A stretch of 64,000 nt of DNA, from the IMG/VR virus record IMGVR_UViG_3300047299_000067, positions 1 through 64,000 of that record, one strand, 5' to 3'. Positions 1 through 11,935 of the stretch are shown here, piece after piece. Under the pieces are notes generated by a model, which worked only from the letters and a program-made list of their open reading frames with translations, ran no database searches and was not told the DNA's origin. Source of the DNA: a virus. The first letter of the stretch is position 1; the number at the start of each line of letters is the position of its first letter. The position numbers were made by a program, and so were the translations under genes.

Positions 1-3000
1 TTAAAAACGCTGAGTTTGTTAGTTATGATTTTGACACGCTACGTCAAAGCATGGTTAATTACATGCAAACAAACTATGCGGAGGAATTCAACGATTATAT
101 TCAAAGCAGCGAATTTATCGCGTTGTTGGACTTAGTAGCTTACGTTGGACAAAACTTAGCGTTCCGCATGGACCTAAACGCTAGAGAAAATATTTTAGAT
201 ACGGCAGAAAAGCGCGAAAGTGTGCTACGTATTGCACGTATGCTGTCTTATAAACCAAAGCGTGTTCGTCCTGCTCAAGGATTTTTAAAGGTTACAAGCG
301 CAGTAACAACAGAACAATTGTTAGACAGTACAGGCGTAAACTTATCTAACAAAGTAGTGCAATGGGGAGCAGATCCTAGCGAGTTAGAATACGAACGTTT
401 TGTACGTATTATGAACGCAGCATTTACCGATGTAAACAAGTTTGGCACGCCTGTTAAACGTGCAGTAAGCGAAACAGATTCTAACATATTCGAAGTATAT
501 CGCTTAAACAACCCTGCAACATTTGCTAACATGCCTATTAGTGTTACGGCAGACGGTATTAATTTAAACTTCGATTTATTACCAATTGATATTGATGCAA
601 AGGGAGTATTAACGCAAACAGAACCAAGTTATGATAACGGCTTTACTGTTATGTATCGCAACGACGGCCGCGGCGTCGGCAGCACCAGAACGGGATTCTT
701 CTTGTTAGCCAAGCAAGGCTATATTGCATCCACAACAGAAACTATTCTAAATCCTGTTGCAAACGCAGTGATTGATATTCCTAATTCCGGCAACGTAAGT
801 GAAGAAGACTTTTATGTTCAAACAGTTGATGCAGCAGGCACAGTTATTAAATCATGGGACCGTATTAGCAATTTAGATTTTAGCAATATTGTTATTAATG
901 AATTTGGTTCCGCAAACAAAGACATTTATGAAGTAATTTATAGTGACAATGACGTAACAAGTATTAAGTTTGGTGACGGCACATTTAGCAACCCTCCTAC
1001 TGGTAATATTCGTGTTTGGTATCGCTTGGCAGAAAATCGTTTTGTTAGAGTTAAAGCAGGCGAAATTGCCGGGGTTAATTTTGACATACAGTATACAAAC
1101 AGCGATAATCAAATCAACACATTGTCTTTAACTTTAGAGTTACAGGACAATATGATTACTGGCTTGCCTGGCGAAAGTATTGACGAGATCAAACAGAACG
1201 CACCCGAAGCGTTTTACAGTAAAAATAGAATGGTAACTGCCGATGACTATAACGGCTTTTTACCAACGTTAAACAATGACGTGCTAGTACTAAAAGCAGA
1301 AAACAGAACGTTTAGTGGACACAGTAGATATGTAGATTTAAAAGACCCGACAGGCAAAAGCCGTCCATTGGTCGAGTTTGCCGATGACGGGTTTTTATAC
1401 AGAGATGAAAGCGTTAAGAATACTTTTGTCCCCGACAATGCAGCAAGAAGAACAGTTGATTTGTTAGACGAATATGTTGAGCGACAGTTAGGCGACCTGG
1501 GCTTGTTAAATTTTTATTATGGTCGTTTAAACTTAACTAATGTAGCAGGTGGCACCGGCGAGCCGGGCAACGGCGAATATGGACTGTTCCCGGTAGTTAA
1601 CTCGACTAAAACAATTTATTACTCTACGTTAAGTTCTGTATTATCTGCAAGTGACATTATCAATTCACTGACAGTCGCCAGCATTAATACTGCTAATCCA
1701 TATGACAATTTTGATACAACCGGGGGCTTGTTACAAATTGGTAACGAATTGTTGACTTACCAGTCGATTACAGGAAACACATTCATCGGCATTCAACGAG
1801 CACAATTTGGAACAACTGCGCAAACTTATGCCGCAGGAACACAAGTATATAAAGTAAGTGACTATCGTTGGAGAGTGGCTTACAAGGATGCTACCAGTAG
1901 CAACGGATACATAAGCGAATCTAATGCCAACGTTACTCCGCAAAAGCTAGGTTACACTACCGGCGGCGTATTACGTTCTGTTCGTCCTGGCACTATGATT
2001 AAGTTCCAAAATACAACAGGATCGGCACAGTGGGTAACTGTTTTAGATATCAAAGGCGATGGTTTAGGTATAGAAGACGACAACTATGAATACACAGGCT
2101 TGTTATCAAATGGCGCAGGTCCAGTAGAAATTAATAAAAGCGTTACAACGATAGATCGCATACAAACAATCATCCCTCCATTTGTTAGAGTGTTTGATGA
2201 TATTGCCCGCGAACAAATATTAGAAAAATTAGAAAACAACGAATCGTTTGCGTTAAAGTTCGACAGTAATACTCCGAAATGGACAATTATTAATGACGAA
2301 GTATTTTTAGAAACTCCATACGACAGTAGAACAGATGCAAGTGCATGGTTAGTTAATTGCAAACGAGAAGCAACTGGCTGGACTATTACAACCAGACAGT
2401 TAGACTATATCTTTGGCAGCGAAGAACTTATTCGTTTTTACAATATTAATTTTGCACCATCTTTTAATCCAAACATTAAGTCTGTTAGCAAAGACAATAT
2501 ATCTTTGTTAACATTAGGCAACAGCGGCAAGTTAGAAGAATTTGGTAGTTATAAAATTAGCGGTTACTATGTATATGACGATGGCTATACTGACAACAGT
2601 AAAGTAAAAGTTACTCCGTTGGACGCCGACAATGACTTTTTACCCGACAACCCTGAGCATTTTGTTAATGCAGTCGATGGTAATGAATTGGCGTTGATAA
2701 ATTACAATGAAGGCGATTTTACTTATGTTGTACCGGCAGCGACTAATACAACAGAGCCTGTATTAATGACGGTTCCGGGACGCATGGGCATGGCGTTTAA
2801 ATGGAAGCATTTAGTCGATATTGATCAAACACTTAATCCTAGTTTAACTAACATTATCGACGTTTATGTTTTAACCAAAAGTTACAATGACGAATACACA
2901 GCATGGAAGAAAAAGAATTCGAAGAGTATTGTTGTTCCACTTCCGCAAACTAGCGAAGAATTACGCAATAGCTTTGCAAGTTTGTTAAGTTATAAAATGA

Positions 3001-3407
3001 TGACAGACGAAGTTATATTCCATCCTGTTAAATTTAAGCCACTGTTCGGAACACTAAGCGAACCAGAATTCCAAGCACAATTTAAAGTAGTCAAAAATGC
3101 CAAGAGCAAATTAACCGACAGTGAAATTAAATCAAAAGTAGTTAATGCAATTGATACTTATTTTACCCCAGGTAACTTTGGCTTTGGAGAGAATTTTTAC
3201 TTTACAGAGTTAGCAGCTTACATTCACACAGTGTTAAATAAAGATTTAAGCAGTGTTGTAATTGTACCGGTTAGCCAATACAGCAAATTTGGAACGTTGT
3301 TCCAAATACAACCTGACAGAAATGAAGTTGTTACAAGTGTAGCAAGTGTAAACGACATTATCGTTATTAATGAAATTACAGATAGCAATATTAGGATCGG
3401 ACGATGA
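1..3407 (+). CDS. Baseplate wedge protein, T4 gp6-like; 5' end truncated by the window edge
   Basis: Frame is open upstream of the ATG at 51 (KNAEFVSYDFDTLRQSM). Motifs LAFRMDLNARE..TAEKRESVLRIARMLSY, IKFGDG and NRMVTADDY are typical of gp6-like wedge proteins. Confidence 0.85.
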   Translation, partial: KNAEFVSYDFDTLRQSMVNYMQTNYAEEFNDYIQSSEFIALLDLVAYVGQNLAFRMDLNARENILDTAEKRESVLRIARMLSYKPKRVRPAQGFLKVTSAVTTEQLLDSTGVNLSNKVVQWGADPSELEYERFVRIMNAAFTDVNKFGTPVKRAVSETDSNIFEVYRLNNPATFANMPISVTADGINLNFDLLPIDIDAKGVLTQTEPSYDNGFTVMYRNDGRGVGSTRTGFFLLAKQGYIASTTETILNPVANAVIDIPNSGNVSEEDFYVQTVDAAGTVIKSWDRISNLDFSNIVINEFGSANKDIYEVIYSDNDVTSIKFGDGTFSNPPTGNIRVWYRLAENRFVRVKAGEIAGVNFDIQYTNSDNQINTLSLTLELQDNMITGLPGESIDEIKQNAPEAFYSKNRMVTADDYNGFLPTLNNDVLVLKAENRTFSGHSRYVDLKDPTGKSRPLVEFADDGFLYRDESVKNTFVPDNAARRTVDLLDEYVERQLGDLGLLNFYYGRLNLTNVAGGTGEPGNGEYGLFPVVNSTKTIYYSTLSSVLSASDIINSLTVASINTANPYDNFDTTGGLLQIGNELLTYQSITGNTFIGIQRAQFGTTAQTYAAGTQVYKVSDYRWRVAYKDATSSNGYISESNANVTPQKLGYTTGGVLRSVRPGTMIKFQNTTGSAQWVTVLDIKGDGLGIEDDNYEYTGLLSNGAGPVEINKSVTTIDRIQTIIPPFVRVFDDIAREQILEKLENNESFALKFDSNTPKWTIINDEVFLETPYDSRTDASAWLVNCKREATGWTITTRQLDYIFGSEELIRFYNINFAPSFNPNIKSVSKDNISLLTLGNSGKLEEFGSYKISGYYVYDDGYTDNSKVKVTPLDADNDFLPDNPEHFVNAVDGNELALINYNEGDFTYVVPAATNTTEPVLMTVPGRMGMAFKWKHLVDIDQTLNPSLTNIIDVYVLTKSYNDEYTAWKKKNSKSIVVPLPQTSEELRNSFASLLSYKMMTDEVIFHPVKFKPLFGTLSEPEFQAQFKVVKNAKSKLTDSEIKSKVVNAIDTYFTPGNFGFGENFYFTELAAYIHTVLNKDLSSVVIVPVSQYSKFGTLFQIQPDRNEVVTSVASVNDIIVINEITDSNIRIGR

Positions 3408-6400
3408 GCAGACAAACTAAAAAACCAGCAGAGCAAATTGTAGCCAAGGTACAAAACGTAAATTTATTACCTAGCGTATTTGCCACGGAGCCTAACAAAA
3501 AAATGTTAGATTCGACGCTGGACGTTATGACCAGCAAAGGCCAATTATTACCTTTTAAAGAAACATTTGGCTTACGTTCTGCTAGTAACAAAACAAATAA
3601 CTTTCTAGTAGACGAGTCAAATCAAGTTCGCAGAGAAAGCCAAGCTAACAATATGTTAGTATCTCGCGATGCCAATGACGAGTATATGGGCAAGGTAAGT
3701 TATTTAGATATTGAAAATTATTTTCAAATTAAAAACAATCCACTAGTAGACGGAACTGTATTAGATAAAAACATCAACATACTAGACTTACCAGTTAATC
3801 CTACTAAACTCACCGACTACAATTTGTTTTATTGGGTAGAAAACGATTTGCCTCCGTGCCGCATTCACGTGGATCCTAAAGACGACGGATCTGCAAAATT
3901 TTCTGTTACACAAAATATTATAACTAAACCTTTTGTTACTATTGTAGACGACTTAACCGGAAATAGTTTAAATTTACAAACAGGAATGATTGTTTACTTT
4001 ACAGGAACACTGGCAGAGCCTACTTATTTGACTACTGATTTAGATGCCCCTGCATTATTTTATGTTTCCGGAGTAGGTGATTACATTAGTTTGACACGAA
4101 CAACAAACGTTGATCATAGAATTCCCAACAGCTACTTAAAAAAGAGACTATGGGATAAGAGCGAATCTTCGTTAGAACCGCCTGCAATTTACTGGGACAG
4201 TGAGCAATGGGATTCTAGTTACATTAAAACTAGCGAACCAGAATATGTTACGCAAGAAAAATATACTTCTAATACAAACAATTGGCAAGCCATTGACCAT
4301 TGGTATCATATTTCTGTTATTCGTGCAGTTGCAACATTTAACGGTATGCTAGTTGAACAAATTGCAACAGCAGCAAACAAAGCAAAACGTCCTATTATTA
4401 ATTTCTATTCAGGAGTTAAGTTATACAATTGGCCTAACAATACAAAAGCAGAAGTTGCTGCATTACTTCCTTACGACATTACACGATACAATAATACAAA
4501 TTTAACAAGCATTATCGATCCAGCAGGATATTCTCTTAAAGACGACGACTTGGTTGTATTCGAAAACAATCCAGGTGTTTATCAAGTAAGCAATTTATCT
4601 GCTAATGCGATCTTTACCTTACAACCGATTAGCATCGTAGCTAATGATGGTGTTATGATTATTTCTGCAAGCCCTGTGCAATTCTTTCGTTTAATTTATA
4701 AAAACAACAACTGGCAATTTGCACAAAATAAAACAGAACCGAACCAAACGCCATTGTTTGAATTTTACACTAGCAACAACGTTTCATTGCAAGCATATAA
4801 CGAAACAGATTTTGCGGGCGGAGCTATACTCGGATTTAAAACAGGCACGACTTTCGACGACGTATTACAAAAATATGTAGAAGTTAGCAGTATTGATTTT
4901 GATTTAGTAAACGAAGCAAGTTCTAATACCGTAAGCCCTAATCAACTTAAGTTATACACAGATGTTGATATGACATGGAACTATACTAATTCTACTACGG
5001 GCGAAAAACAATATATTCGCGGACCGTATGGTTTTAGTTTCGAAGCAAATCAAAATATTTTTAGTTTTTATAAACAACGTTCGGGCTTAGACATTACCAA
5101 ACAAGTGCAAGATTTAGAATATACAACATCGAGCGATGAAATTTGGTCCGCACCGATTAGTCCCGTATCAACGGCTATGGAAACTATTCACGTTTATTAT
5201 GACGCACAAAACAAAACACAATTCTACACAGAAATAGAAGGTTTTGGATTAACTAGATTTTCTAGCAAAAAGAGTTTTAACACAGTAGAGCCATTACTTC
5301 CATTGGTCGCCGGTAAGAAAATAAAATTTGTTTGCCATAACTTACCCGTCGCATTTAGTTTATATAAAACAGAAGTAATCGATAACATAACAACTCCGCA
5401 ATTACTTGCAGCTCCTTATTGTACAAATAATAATATCACAGACGGTATTATTGAATTAGATTTGACAAGTAGCATTAGTTTAGATGGCGGGACTAGTTAT
5501 ATAGACAATGAATTATCAATTGAAAATACCTTATTGCAATTTAGCTATGCTACAGCGGGTTCTACTAAATTGTATAAAACTGCTTTAGTAAAAAGCGAAA
5601 ACAAATGGAGATTCTTGCAAAACTTACATTTGCGAGATAAAACAAATCCTATTTACAATGGATATGATTATGTAGTCGAGGATTACATATTACCCGACGG
5701 TTCGTTTAGTAATTTACAATCTGTTCGTGCAACTACTGCACTAACTAAAAAAGCAGCCGTTGGTGATAAAGTTTTAGTGGATAGCATCGTTGCCAATCCG
5801 GTGCAAAAGACAGCCCCTTTAAGTTTAACAGTAAACCCATTAAACGCTGCATTGTCTACTTTGAATTATTACAGTTTGTATCAACATGCTACAAATTTAA
5901 AGTCTAACGCTACTAATAGTAGAGAGTATATCGATTCTGAATCTATTTTACAATCGTCGTTATTAGGCGGCGGCACCTTGCTGAAACATTCGAGCCCTAT
6001 TAGTAAGTTTGCAATAGTTGCAACGCAAATGCCTTATGACTTTGCAGACCTTGCAACTAAGCAAAGCAAACATTATGATAACTTTTTAAACAAGTTAAAG
6101 CTAGAATTGCAACATACTATCGAGTCTGTTGATTACACTACATTCTCGTCTGTAGAATTATTAAGCATTGCACTAGCAACTATTTTTAAAGGTTCTGCAC
6201 CAAATTCATTCTGGGCACATAGCAATATGTTAGGCTGGGGAGAACAGTTAGACAACTATAGAACTACCACTCATGCAGTTACATCCAGTACATTGAACTT
6301 TGTTCTAACTGGTAATTTTGAACCAATTAGTCATCGTGCTGGTAAGGAATTTTTATTGCAACTAACACAAAACGGACGCTTTTTAGTTCGAGGCAATGAC

Positions 6401-9400
6401 TATTCGCTAATAACAACCAGCGACGAATATACAAGTATTTTGTTCGATGCTTCGCTAATTGGAACAACTGTTGAAATAACACAATGGTATTCTAGATTCG
6501 AATCTCATGTTCCTGCTAGCTTGGCAAAGATTGGTCTAGTACCAGTGTATCGTCCTGAAATTTACTTAGACACAACATACAGCACCGCAGCTTACTTTTT
6601 GAATAGACACGACGGAACTAGATATTATTTAGAAGATGGTGTTGATGCAAACTTGTATCCTGTTGATTTAGTTGATCAACTATTATACGAATACGAAATA
6701 GCAGTATGGGCTAACATGTCTTACGATGTTAGAAATGCAGACTTTAGAGATGTTGTAGCAGCAGTACCGGGATATTTTAGAACTTTAGAAAAATCTTATA
6801 ATCAAGCTCGTGCAAGCTATGTTGACCAAACACATGCGTGGCTAGTCGAAAATACAATTTACAGTACTGCCAATGATAACTACGATGCAGCCGACGGCTT
6901 TACTAAAATTTATCAATTAGGCAGCGGCGATGACGACACTACTATTGTAGGTTCGTGGAGATTAATTTACAAATTTGCGTTTGATACTGATCGTCCTCAT
7001 ACTCATCCGTGGGAAATGCTAGGATATACAATCAAGCCAACATGGTGGGATACGTATTACAGCTGGACTGATTCATCTAAACGACTAGCATTAGAGTTAG
7101 CTTTACGCACAGGCAGAACAAGTAGTCCTGCCGGACAAATATCTATCAACACAGCGTTTGCCCGTTGCAATAATAAAGAAATAACTGAGAACTTCCCCGT
7201 TGACGATGCAGGACAATTGTTAGCTCCGGATGACATTACTATGCAATGGTTAAATGTATATGAATTGCCAGATAGTACAACATGGCAATTAGGTGCGTTT
7301 GGACCTTACGAACAAGTATTTGCAAATACACACCGAGGTATTGCAGCACTAGCAACGGTTTACTTTTTGCGAGCACCTGTATTGTATGTTAATAAAACAT
7401 GGGTGCCCGGACAACAAATTAAAAATGCATGGGGACAAAACATCGACAGAACTACTGGATTCTGGCAGCAAGGAACAATCGAGCACAATTATCACAAGTC
7501 TATCGTCGATAACCAAATGGTTTATACATCTGGTATGGAAAGTTTATTTGCGGAATTTTGCGTATTGAACAATAAATCTTTTGAACAAGAAGTTGTTGCA
7601 AAGTTTAACAATTTAACTGTTAACAAAGAGTTCTTGTTGCAAGGCTTTACAAATAAAGATAATGTTAGAATACAAAGTACTAGCATTAACAGCCAACGCC
7701 AAACTCTTTTTGTTCCGGAAGAAAGCTACGCAGTTAGAACAGTTAAACATTTCCCTCATAATGAATTGTTTTACAGTGCAGTTAGAATTGTTTATAACGG
7801 AACAGGTTATGAAGTTTATGGCTTTAACAGAGAAGCTACTTATTTTAATTTAAACCTACCAACGGCAAATAGTCCTACTATTGCAATAACTGTTGGCTCT
7901 ACTGTAGTTAAACAAAAAACGAGATACGAAACTAATACTACAACTATGTCGTATGGTAGTTCATTTACTAGCAGATTTGATTTGTATGACTTCTTAATGG
8001 GTTATGGAAAATATTTAGAATCTGTTGGTTTTGTATTCGAGCAAGCAGAAGGCGGTGACATTCGCAATTGGCAATTAAGTGCCAAGCAGTTTATACAATG
8101 GAGTAATGATGTAATTGCTCCGGGGAATTATATTGACTTAAATCCAGCAGCAGACTATTTAGAGTTAGCTGCATCATACGGACAATTAGACAATTTAGAA
8201 GGCACTAACGAAAATGTCGGGCAATGCGTTGATAGAAATAACAAGCCATTGTTTAGTAAAGATTTACTAGTGTCGAGAAACAATGATACAATTGTTATCT
8301 CTACTAAAAATAAATCCAATCCTGTTTATGGTATTAAGCTAACATTCTCTGTTTACGAATCTGTAGTACATTTGGATAATACAAGTGCATTCGGCGATGT
8401 ATACTTCTTACCAGAGCAAAGCACAGCTAAACGAAGTTTTGCGGTCGGCGGCAAAAAATCTCAAGCATGGACAGGTGCATATTTTGTACCGGGTTATATA
8501 TTTGCAGGACAATACAATAACTTAATCCCTAACTTAGATACAATGACCGAACAAGGCAGAAACTTGTTAGATATCGAATCGGTAGTAGTAGACAGCCAAG
8601 TTGCAGCAGCAGTTAAAGATCAATTTGGATTAAGCAGAAACCCAGAGCTACGCCAATTGTTTTTAGATGAAAGCAATGAAACATTATTTAAGAACGCCAT
8701 TACATATACAAAAGGAACTAGCCAAGTATTCGCAAGTTTAGAACCGTTAACTCATGGAGATAGTTCTAGTACTATTCCTTATGAGGAATACATGGTTCGT
8801 TTAGGCGAATTCGGTAATACTAAAAACATAGACTATTATGAGTTTGAATTAAAATCCGAAGACTTAAAGCGCGACCCGCAAGTTGCCCAAGTTGTTAAGT
8901 TCGTTGGCAACAATGAACCAGAAACCAACGACAAAATATTGTATGTAAAAGACAGCAGCAGCCGCTGGGTACACAAGCCACAGGGTAAAGAGTTGCGATT
9001 TGCAACACACTCGACTTCTTACAGTTTATTAAAAACAAGCGGTCCTATACTGCCAAGCGATACTGATTTAGCAGTAGACCGTTTGGAAGACATCGACAGT
9101 TTATTTGGCGATTTTGCACAGTTAGTTGCAATAGAGCATTACAATGAATCTAAAAGTTATAAACCATATGAACAAGTTAGATTTAATGGTCAAGTCTATC
9201 GTGCATTAACAACAGTTAGTCCGGGTACGTGGGCTAATAACAACGACAAATTTACAGCAATCAATGAGCCATATTTGCCTAACATTTATGTAGATAACTA
9301 CTATCGTCCTAATCCAGACTTGTCGATGTCGGGTACTAGCACATTTACTCCGGGCACTTGGCAAGTTCTGCAAACAATCGACCGTAGTGTTGGTATTGTT

Positions 9401-11884
9401 GAAACTTGCCCGGGTCCGACTGATGTTAGCCGTGCAAGAATACAAACAAGCAAGCCGCATAGATTAGTAGCAGGCGAGTATGTAGTTATTGTCAATGCTA
9501 GCAGCAAGTCTACTGTTATTGACGGTATTTGGTTAGTTGCCGAAGTCGAAGATGATTATAAGTTTTATATCAACACTCGCATTACGGAAGTTATAACAAC
9601 GGGTAAGATTTTTGCATTAAAGCCAGTTCGCTTTAAAAATACAAACGACTTAGATTTAGCTACAGCTACAGCTACTAAAGACTCGTTGGGTTATGCGTGG
9701 AAACAAAAAAACACGGACTTAGAATTGACTCCTAGCGGATATTCTAGAGCTTATCCTATTGCAATAGTAGACGATGGATTAAATTTAAATGATCCTGAAG
9801 CAACGTTCGATTACGGCAACTACAAAGTTTACAACGTTGATGGTACTATTAAGACTCTTGTAAAAGAAGAAAGTTTGCCGGTAAACATTGACGAGATAGA
9901 TTACTTGTTAATTTATAATCACGAAACTGGAAAAACAGTTGCCCGTGTTGAATTGTTTGATCCTAAGAAGTTAGCCATTCCCGCAGTGTTTAAAAATGAC
10001 ATTGATGTTATCGGTCGCGTTGATCCTGCGAAATATAACAGAACTACTGACAAGTTTAAAAGCGTTTATACTAGTTTAAGTTGGTACGAAGAAATGATAG
10101 GTCGTCGTTGGTGGGATACTAGCACGGTTAGCTTTAGTGATTATGAAGCAGGCGATGATTTAACTAAAGCAAAGTACTGGGGAACAACTACTAATAGCCG
10201 CAGCCCGGACATTTACGAATGGACTAAGAGTCCGGTGCACCCATCGCAGTGGCAAAAGTTAGTTGATGCTAATCAACAAGCCTTTGGGCAAACAGCCAGC
10301 GGCACTGTATATGTTGATCGTTCTCTAAACTCCGACAACTATCACTGGGTCGAAGAGCAAGATTATACAAACGGCAATGTTTACTCTGTTTACTACTTCT
10401 GGGTAAAGAATAAAAATACCATAGCTAAAGAAAGCACAGGTTCTAGAGTTTATACTACTCGACAACTAAGCGGGTATATGTTAAATCCGACCGCTGCTGG
10501 TTTTGCATGGTGGGCACCCATCGGCAACGACGCTATCATACTAAAAGGAGTAGACGCATTACTAAACAATACTAGCACAGTTGTACAGATTAAGAAAAAA
10601 TCTAAAGGCAACGAAAAGCACCAACAATGGGCATTTATCTCTGAGGGAAGCGAAGAGCCAATCCCAGAATGGATACACGTTCGTTTCCGCGATAGTATTA
10701 GTGCTCATTTGTATTACAAAACAGTCGGCAATTATTTGAGCTTTTCTACAACAGAATTGTTTAACCAAGGCGACATTGTCAAGTATAACGGCGACTTCTA
10801 TGTATGTAGAATTAACATGCAAGTACCGAGCATTGCAGATCCTGCTCTAGATACTAACACATGGTTTAAACTGACTAATGTATTCGAACTAACAGGCTCG
10901 CTAATCGGAACGTGGGATAGTTATTTCTGGGACAACATTCCTTTAGATTATTCTACAGATAAGTTTTGGTTCTGGAAAGCTAAAAATGTTCCGGATAGTG
11001 ACAACTTGCACAGATACAATAGACACGGTAATGATATTAGACCGCACGTACAAAGCTGGTTTGTTGATACATTAGAAGCGCGTCGCACGTTTATTAAACA
11101 GTTGAACGACACTATGCAGCACGTTGATATTACAACGTTATCTACATGGGGAACAACGAGACTAAATGATACAGCGTATGTTATTGCAGACGAACAGATT
11201 GATATTACAAAATTTTGGACTTATGCCGATTACATGGCCGAAGATTTTGTTGCAACACAATCCACTATAGTGCTGTCCGACGAAAGCGAATTATACAGCG
11301 CAGGTTTAGCAGCAGGCGATTATGCAAAAGTTAATACAGGCATACGAGATTATGTTATATACGAAAAGAAAACAGATCAAAGTTTTGCAGTTGTATATAG
11401 AACAAACGGTGCTATTGCATTTAATGCAGAGTTATACAGCCCGGCAGGACTAAGCACATGGGATACTATCGGCAACGATATGAACACATGGGACTCGGAC
11501 TTAAATGCCGTATTTAATGCTATCGTAGACAGTTTACGTTATGAAATTTTCGTGGGCACAAACAATAACTACTATGCTAAGATGATTTGCGTTATGTTTA
11601 GATATGTATTGAGCGAACAAACAGCAGTCGATTGGTTAACAAAGTCGAGTACGATAGAACCGGTTAACTTAATCGGACAAAGTTTAACTAACAGCGAAAC
11701 CTTAAGCAGAGACGATATTAGCACGTTAAGTAGCTTCTATTCTAGTGTTAAGTCTTACAGAGATAAGATTCGTGGCGGCACAATAACTAAATCTTCTAAC
11801 GAGGATGTTGTTGTTGAAATGTCGGAAAGCATAACTGTCACAGTTACTGAATCGGGTATACCCGATTCATGGACTTTGGTTTAA
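3404..11884 (+). CDS. Giant virion structural protein (2826 aa), probably baseplate/tail-associated
   Basis: Uninterrupted 8.5 kb ORF with ATGA overlap to the wedge gene. Contains DRPHTHPWEMLG and RRWWDTS..IYEW motifs recalled from jumbo-phage baseplate-region proteins. Confidence 0.7.
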   Translation: MSRQTKKPAEQIVAKVQNVNLLPSVFATEPNKKMLDSTLDVMTSKGQLLPFKETFGLRSASNKTNNFLVDESNQVRRESQANNMLVSRDANDEYMGKVSYLDIENYFQIKNNPLVDGTVLDKNINILDLPVNPTKLTDYNLFYWVENDLPPCRIHVDPKDDGSAKFSVTQNIITKPFVTIVDDLTGNSLNLQTGMIVYFTGTLAEPTYLTTDLDAPALFYVSGVGDYISLTRTTNVDHRIPNSYLKKRLWDKSESSLEPPAIYWDSEQWDSSYIKTSEPEYVTQEKYTSNTNNWQAIDHWYHISVIRAVATFNGMLVEQIATAANKAKRPIINFYSGVKLYNWPNNTKAEVAALLPYDITRYNNTNLTSIIDPAGYSLKDDDLVVFENNPGVYQVSNLSANAIFTLQPISIVANDGVMIISASPVQFFRLIYKNNNWQFAQNKTEPNQTPLFEFYTSNNVSLQAYNETDFAGGAILGFKTGTTFDDVLQKYVEVSSIDFDLVNEASSNTVSPNQLKLYTDVDMTWNYTNSTTGEKQYIRGPYGFSFEANQNIFSFYKQRSGLDITKQVQDLEYTTSSDEIWSAPISPVSTAMETIHVYYDAQNKTQFYTEIEGFGLTRFSSKKSFNTVEPLLPLVAGKKIKFVCHNLPVAFSLYKTEVIDNITTPQLLAAPYCTNNNITDGIIELDLTSSISLDGGTSYIDNELSIENTLLQFSYATAGSTKLYKTALVKSENKWRFLQNLHLRDKTNPIYNGYDYVVEDYILPDGSFSNLQSVRATTALTKKAAVGDKVLVDSIVANPVQKTAPLSLTVNPLNAALSTLNYYSLYQHATNLKSNATNSREYIDSESILQSSLLGGGTLLKHSSPISKFAIVATQMPYDFADLATKQSKHYDNFLNKLKLELQHTIESVDYTTFSSVELLSIALATIFKGSAPNSFWAHSNMLGWGEQLDNYRTTTHAVTSSTLNFVLTGNFEPISHRAGKEFLLQLTQNGRFLVRGNDYSLITTSDEYTSILFDASLIGTTVEITQWYSRFESHVPASLAKIGLVPVYRPEIYLDTTYSTAAYFLNRHDGTRYYLEDGVDANLYPVDLVDQLLYEYEIAVWANMSYDVRNADFRDVVAAVPGYFRTLEKSYNQARASYVDQTHAWLVENTIYSTANDNYDAADGFTKIYQLGSGDDDTTIVGSWRLIYKFAFDTDRPHTHPWEMLGYTIKPTWWDTYYSWTDSSKRLALELALRTGRTSSPAGQISINTAFARCNNKEITENFPVDDAGQLLAPDDITMQWLNVYELPDSTTWQLGAFGPYEQVFANTHRGIAALATVYFLRAPVLYVNKTWVPGQQIKNAWGQNIDRTTGFWQQGTIEHNYHKSIVDNQMVYTSGMESLFAEFCVLNNKSFEQEVVAKFNNLTVNKEFLLQGFTNKDNVRIQSTSINSQRQTLFVPEESYAVRTVKHFPHNELFYSAVRIVYNGTGYEVYGFNREATYFNLNLPTANSPTIAITVGSTVVKQKTRYETNTTTMSYGSSFTSRFDLYDFLMGYGKYLESVGFVFEQAEGGDIRNWQLSAKQFIQWSNDVIAPGNYIDLNPAADYLELAASYGQLDNLEGTNENVGQCVDRNNKPLFSKDLLVSRNNDTIVISTKNKSNPVYGIKLTFSVYESVVHLDNTSAFGDVYFLPEQSTAKRSFAVGGKKSQAWTGAYFVPGYIFAGQYNNLIPNLDTMTEQGRNLLDIESVVVDSQVAAAVKDQFGLSRNPELRQLFLDESNETLFKNAITYTKGTSQVFASLEPLTHGDSSSTIPYEEYMVRLGEFGNTKNIDYYEFELKSEDLKRDPQVAQVVKFVGNNEPETNDKILYVKDSSSRWVHKPQGKELRFATHSTSYSLLKTSGPILPSDTDLAVDRLEDIDSLFGDFAQLVAIEHYNESKSYKPYEQVRFNGQVYRALTTVSPGTWANNNDKFTAINEPYLPNIYVDNYYRPNPDLSMSGTSTFTPGTWQVLQTIDRSVGIVETCPGPTDVSRARIQTSKPHRLVAGEYVVIVNASSKSTVIDGIWLVAEVEDDYKFYINTRITEVITTGKIFALKPVRFKNTNDLDLATATATKDSLGYAWKQKNTDLELTPSGYSRAYPIAIVDDGLNLNDPEATFDYGNYKVYNVDGTIKTLVKEESLPVNIDEIDYLLIYNHETGKTVARVELFDPKKLAIPAVFKNDIDVIGRVDPAKYNRTTDKFKSVYTSLSWYEEMIGRRWWDTSTVSFSDYEAGDDLTKAKYWGTTTNSRSPDIYEWTKSPVHPSQWQKLVDANQQAFGQTASGTVYVDRSLNSDNYHWVEEQDYTNGNVYSVYYFWVKNKNTIAKESTGSRVYTTRQLSGYMLNPTAAGFAWWAPIGNDAIILKGVDALLNNTSTVVQIKKKSKGNEKHQQWAFISEGSEEPIPEWIHVRFRDSISAHLYYKTVGNYLSFSTTELFNQGDIVKYNGDFYVCRINMQVPSIADPALDTNTWFKLTNVFELTGSLIGTWDSYFWDNIPLDYSTDKFWFWKAKNVPDSDNLHRYNRHGNDIRPHVQSWFVDTLEARRTFIKQLNDTMQHVDITTLSTWGTTRLNDTAYVIADEQIDITKFWTYADYMAEDFVATQSTIVLSDESELYSAGLAAGDYAKVNTGIRDYVIYEKKTDQSFAVVYRTNGAIAFNAELYSPAGLSTWDTIGNDMNTWDSDLNAVFNAIVDSLRYEIFVGTNNNYYAKMICVMFRYVLSEQTAVDWLTKSSTIEPVNLIGQSLTNSETLSRDDISTLSSFYSSVKSYRDKIRGGTITKSSNEDVVVEMSESITVTVTESGIPDSWTLV

Positions 11885-11935
11885 GATTAAAACACTAGTT
11901 AAATATTATGTTAAATAAGTGTACAAGGAAATAAA

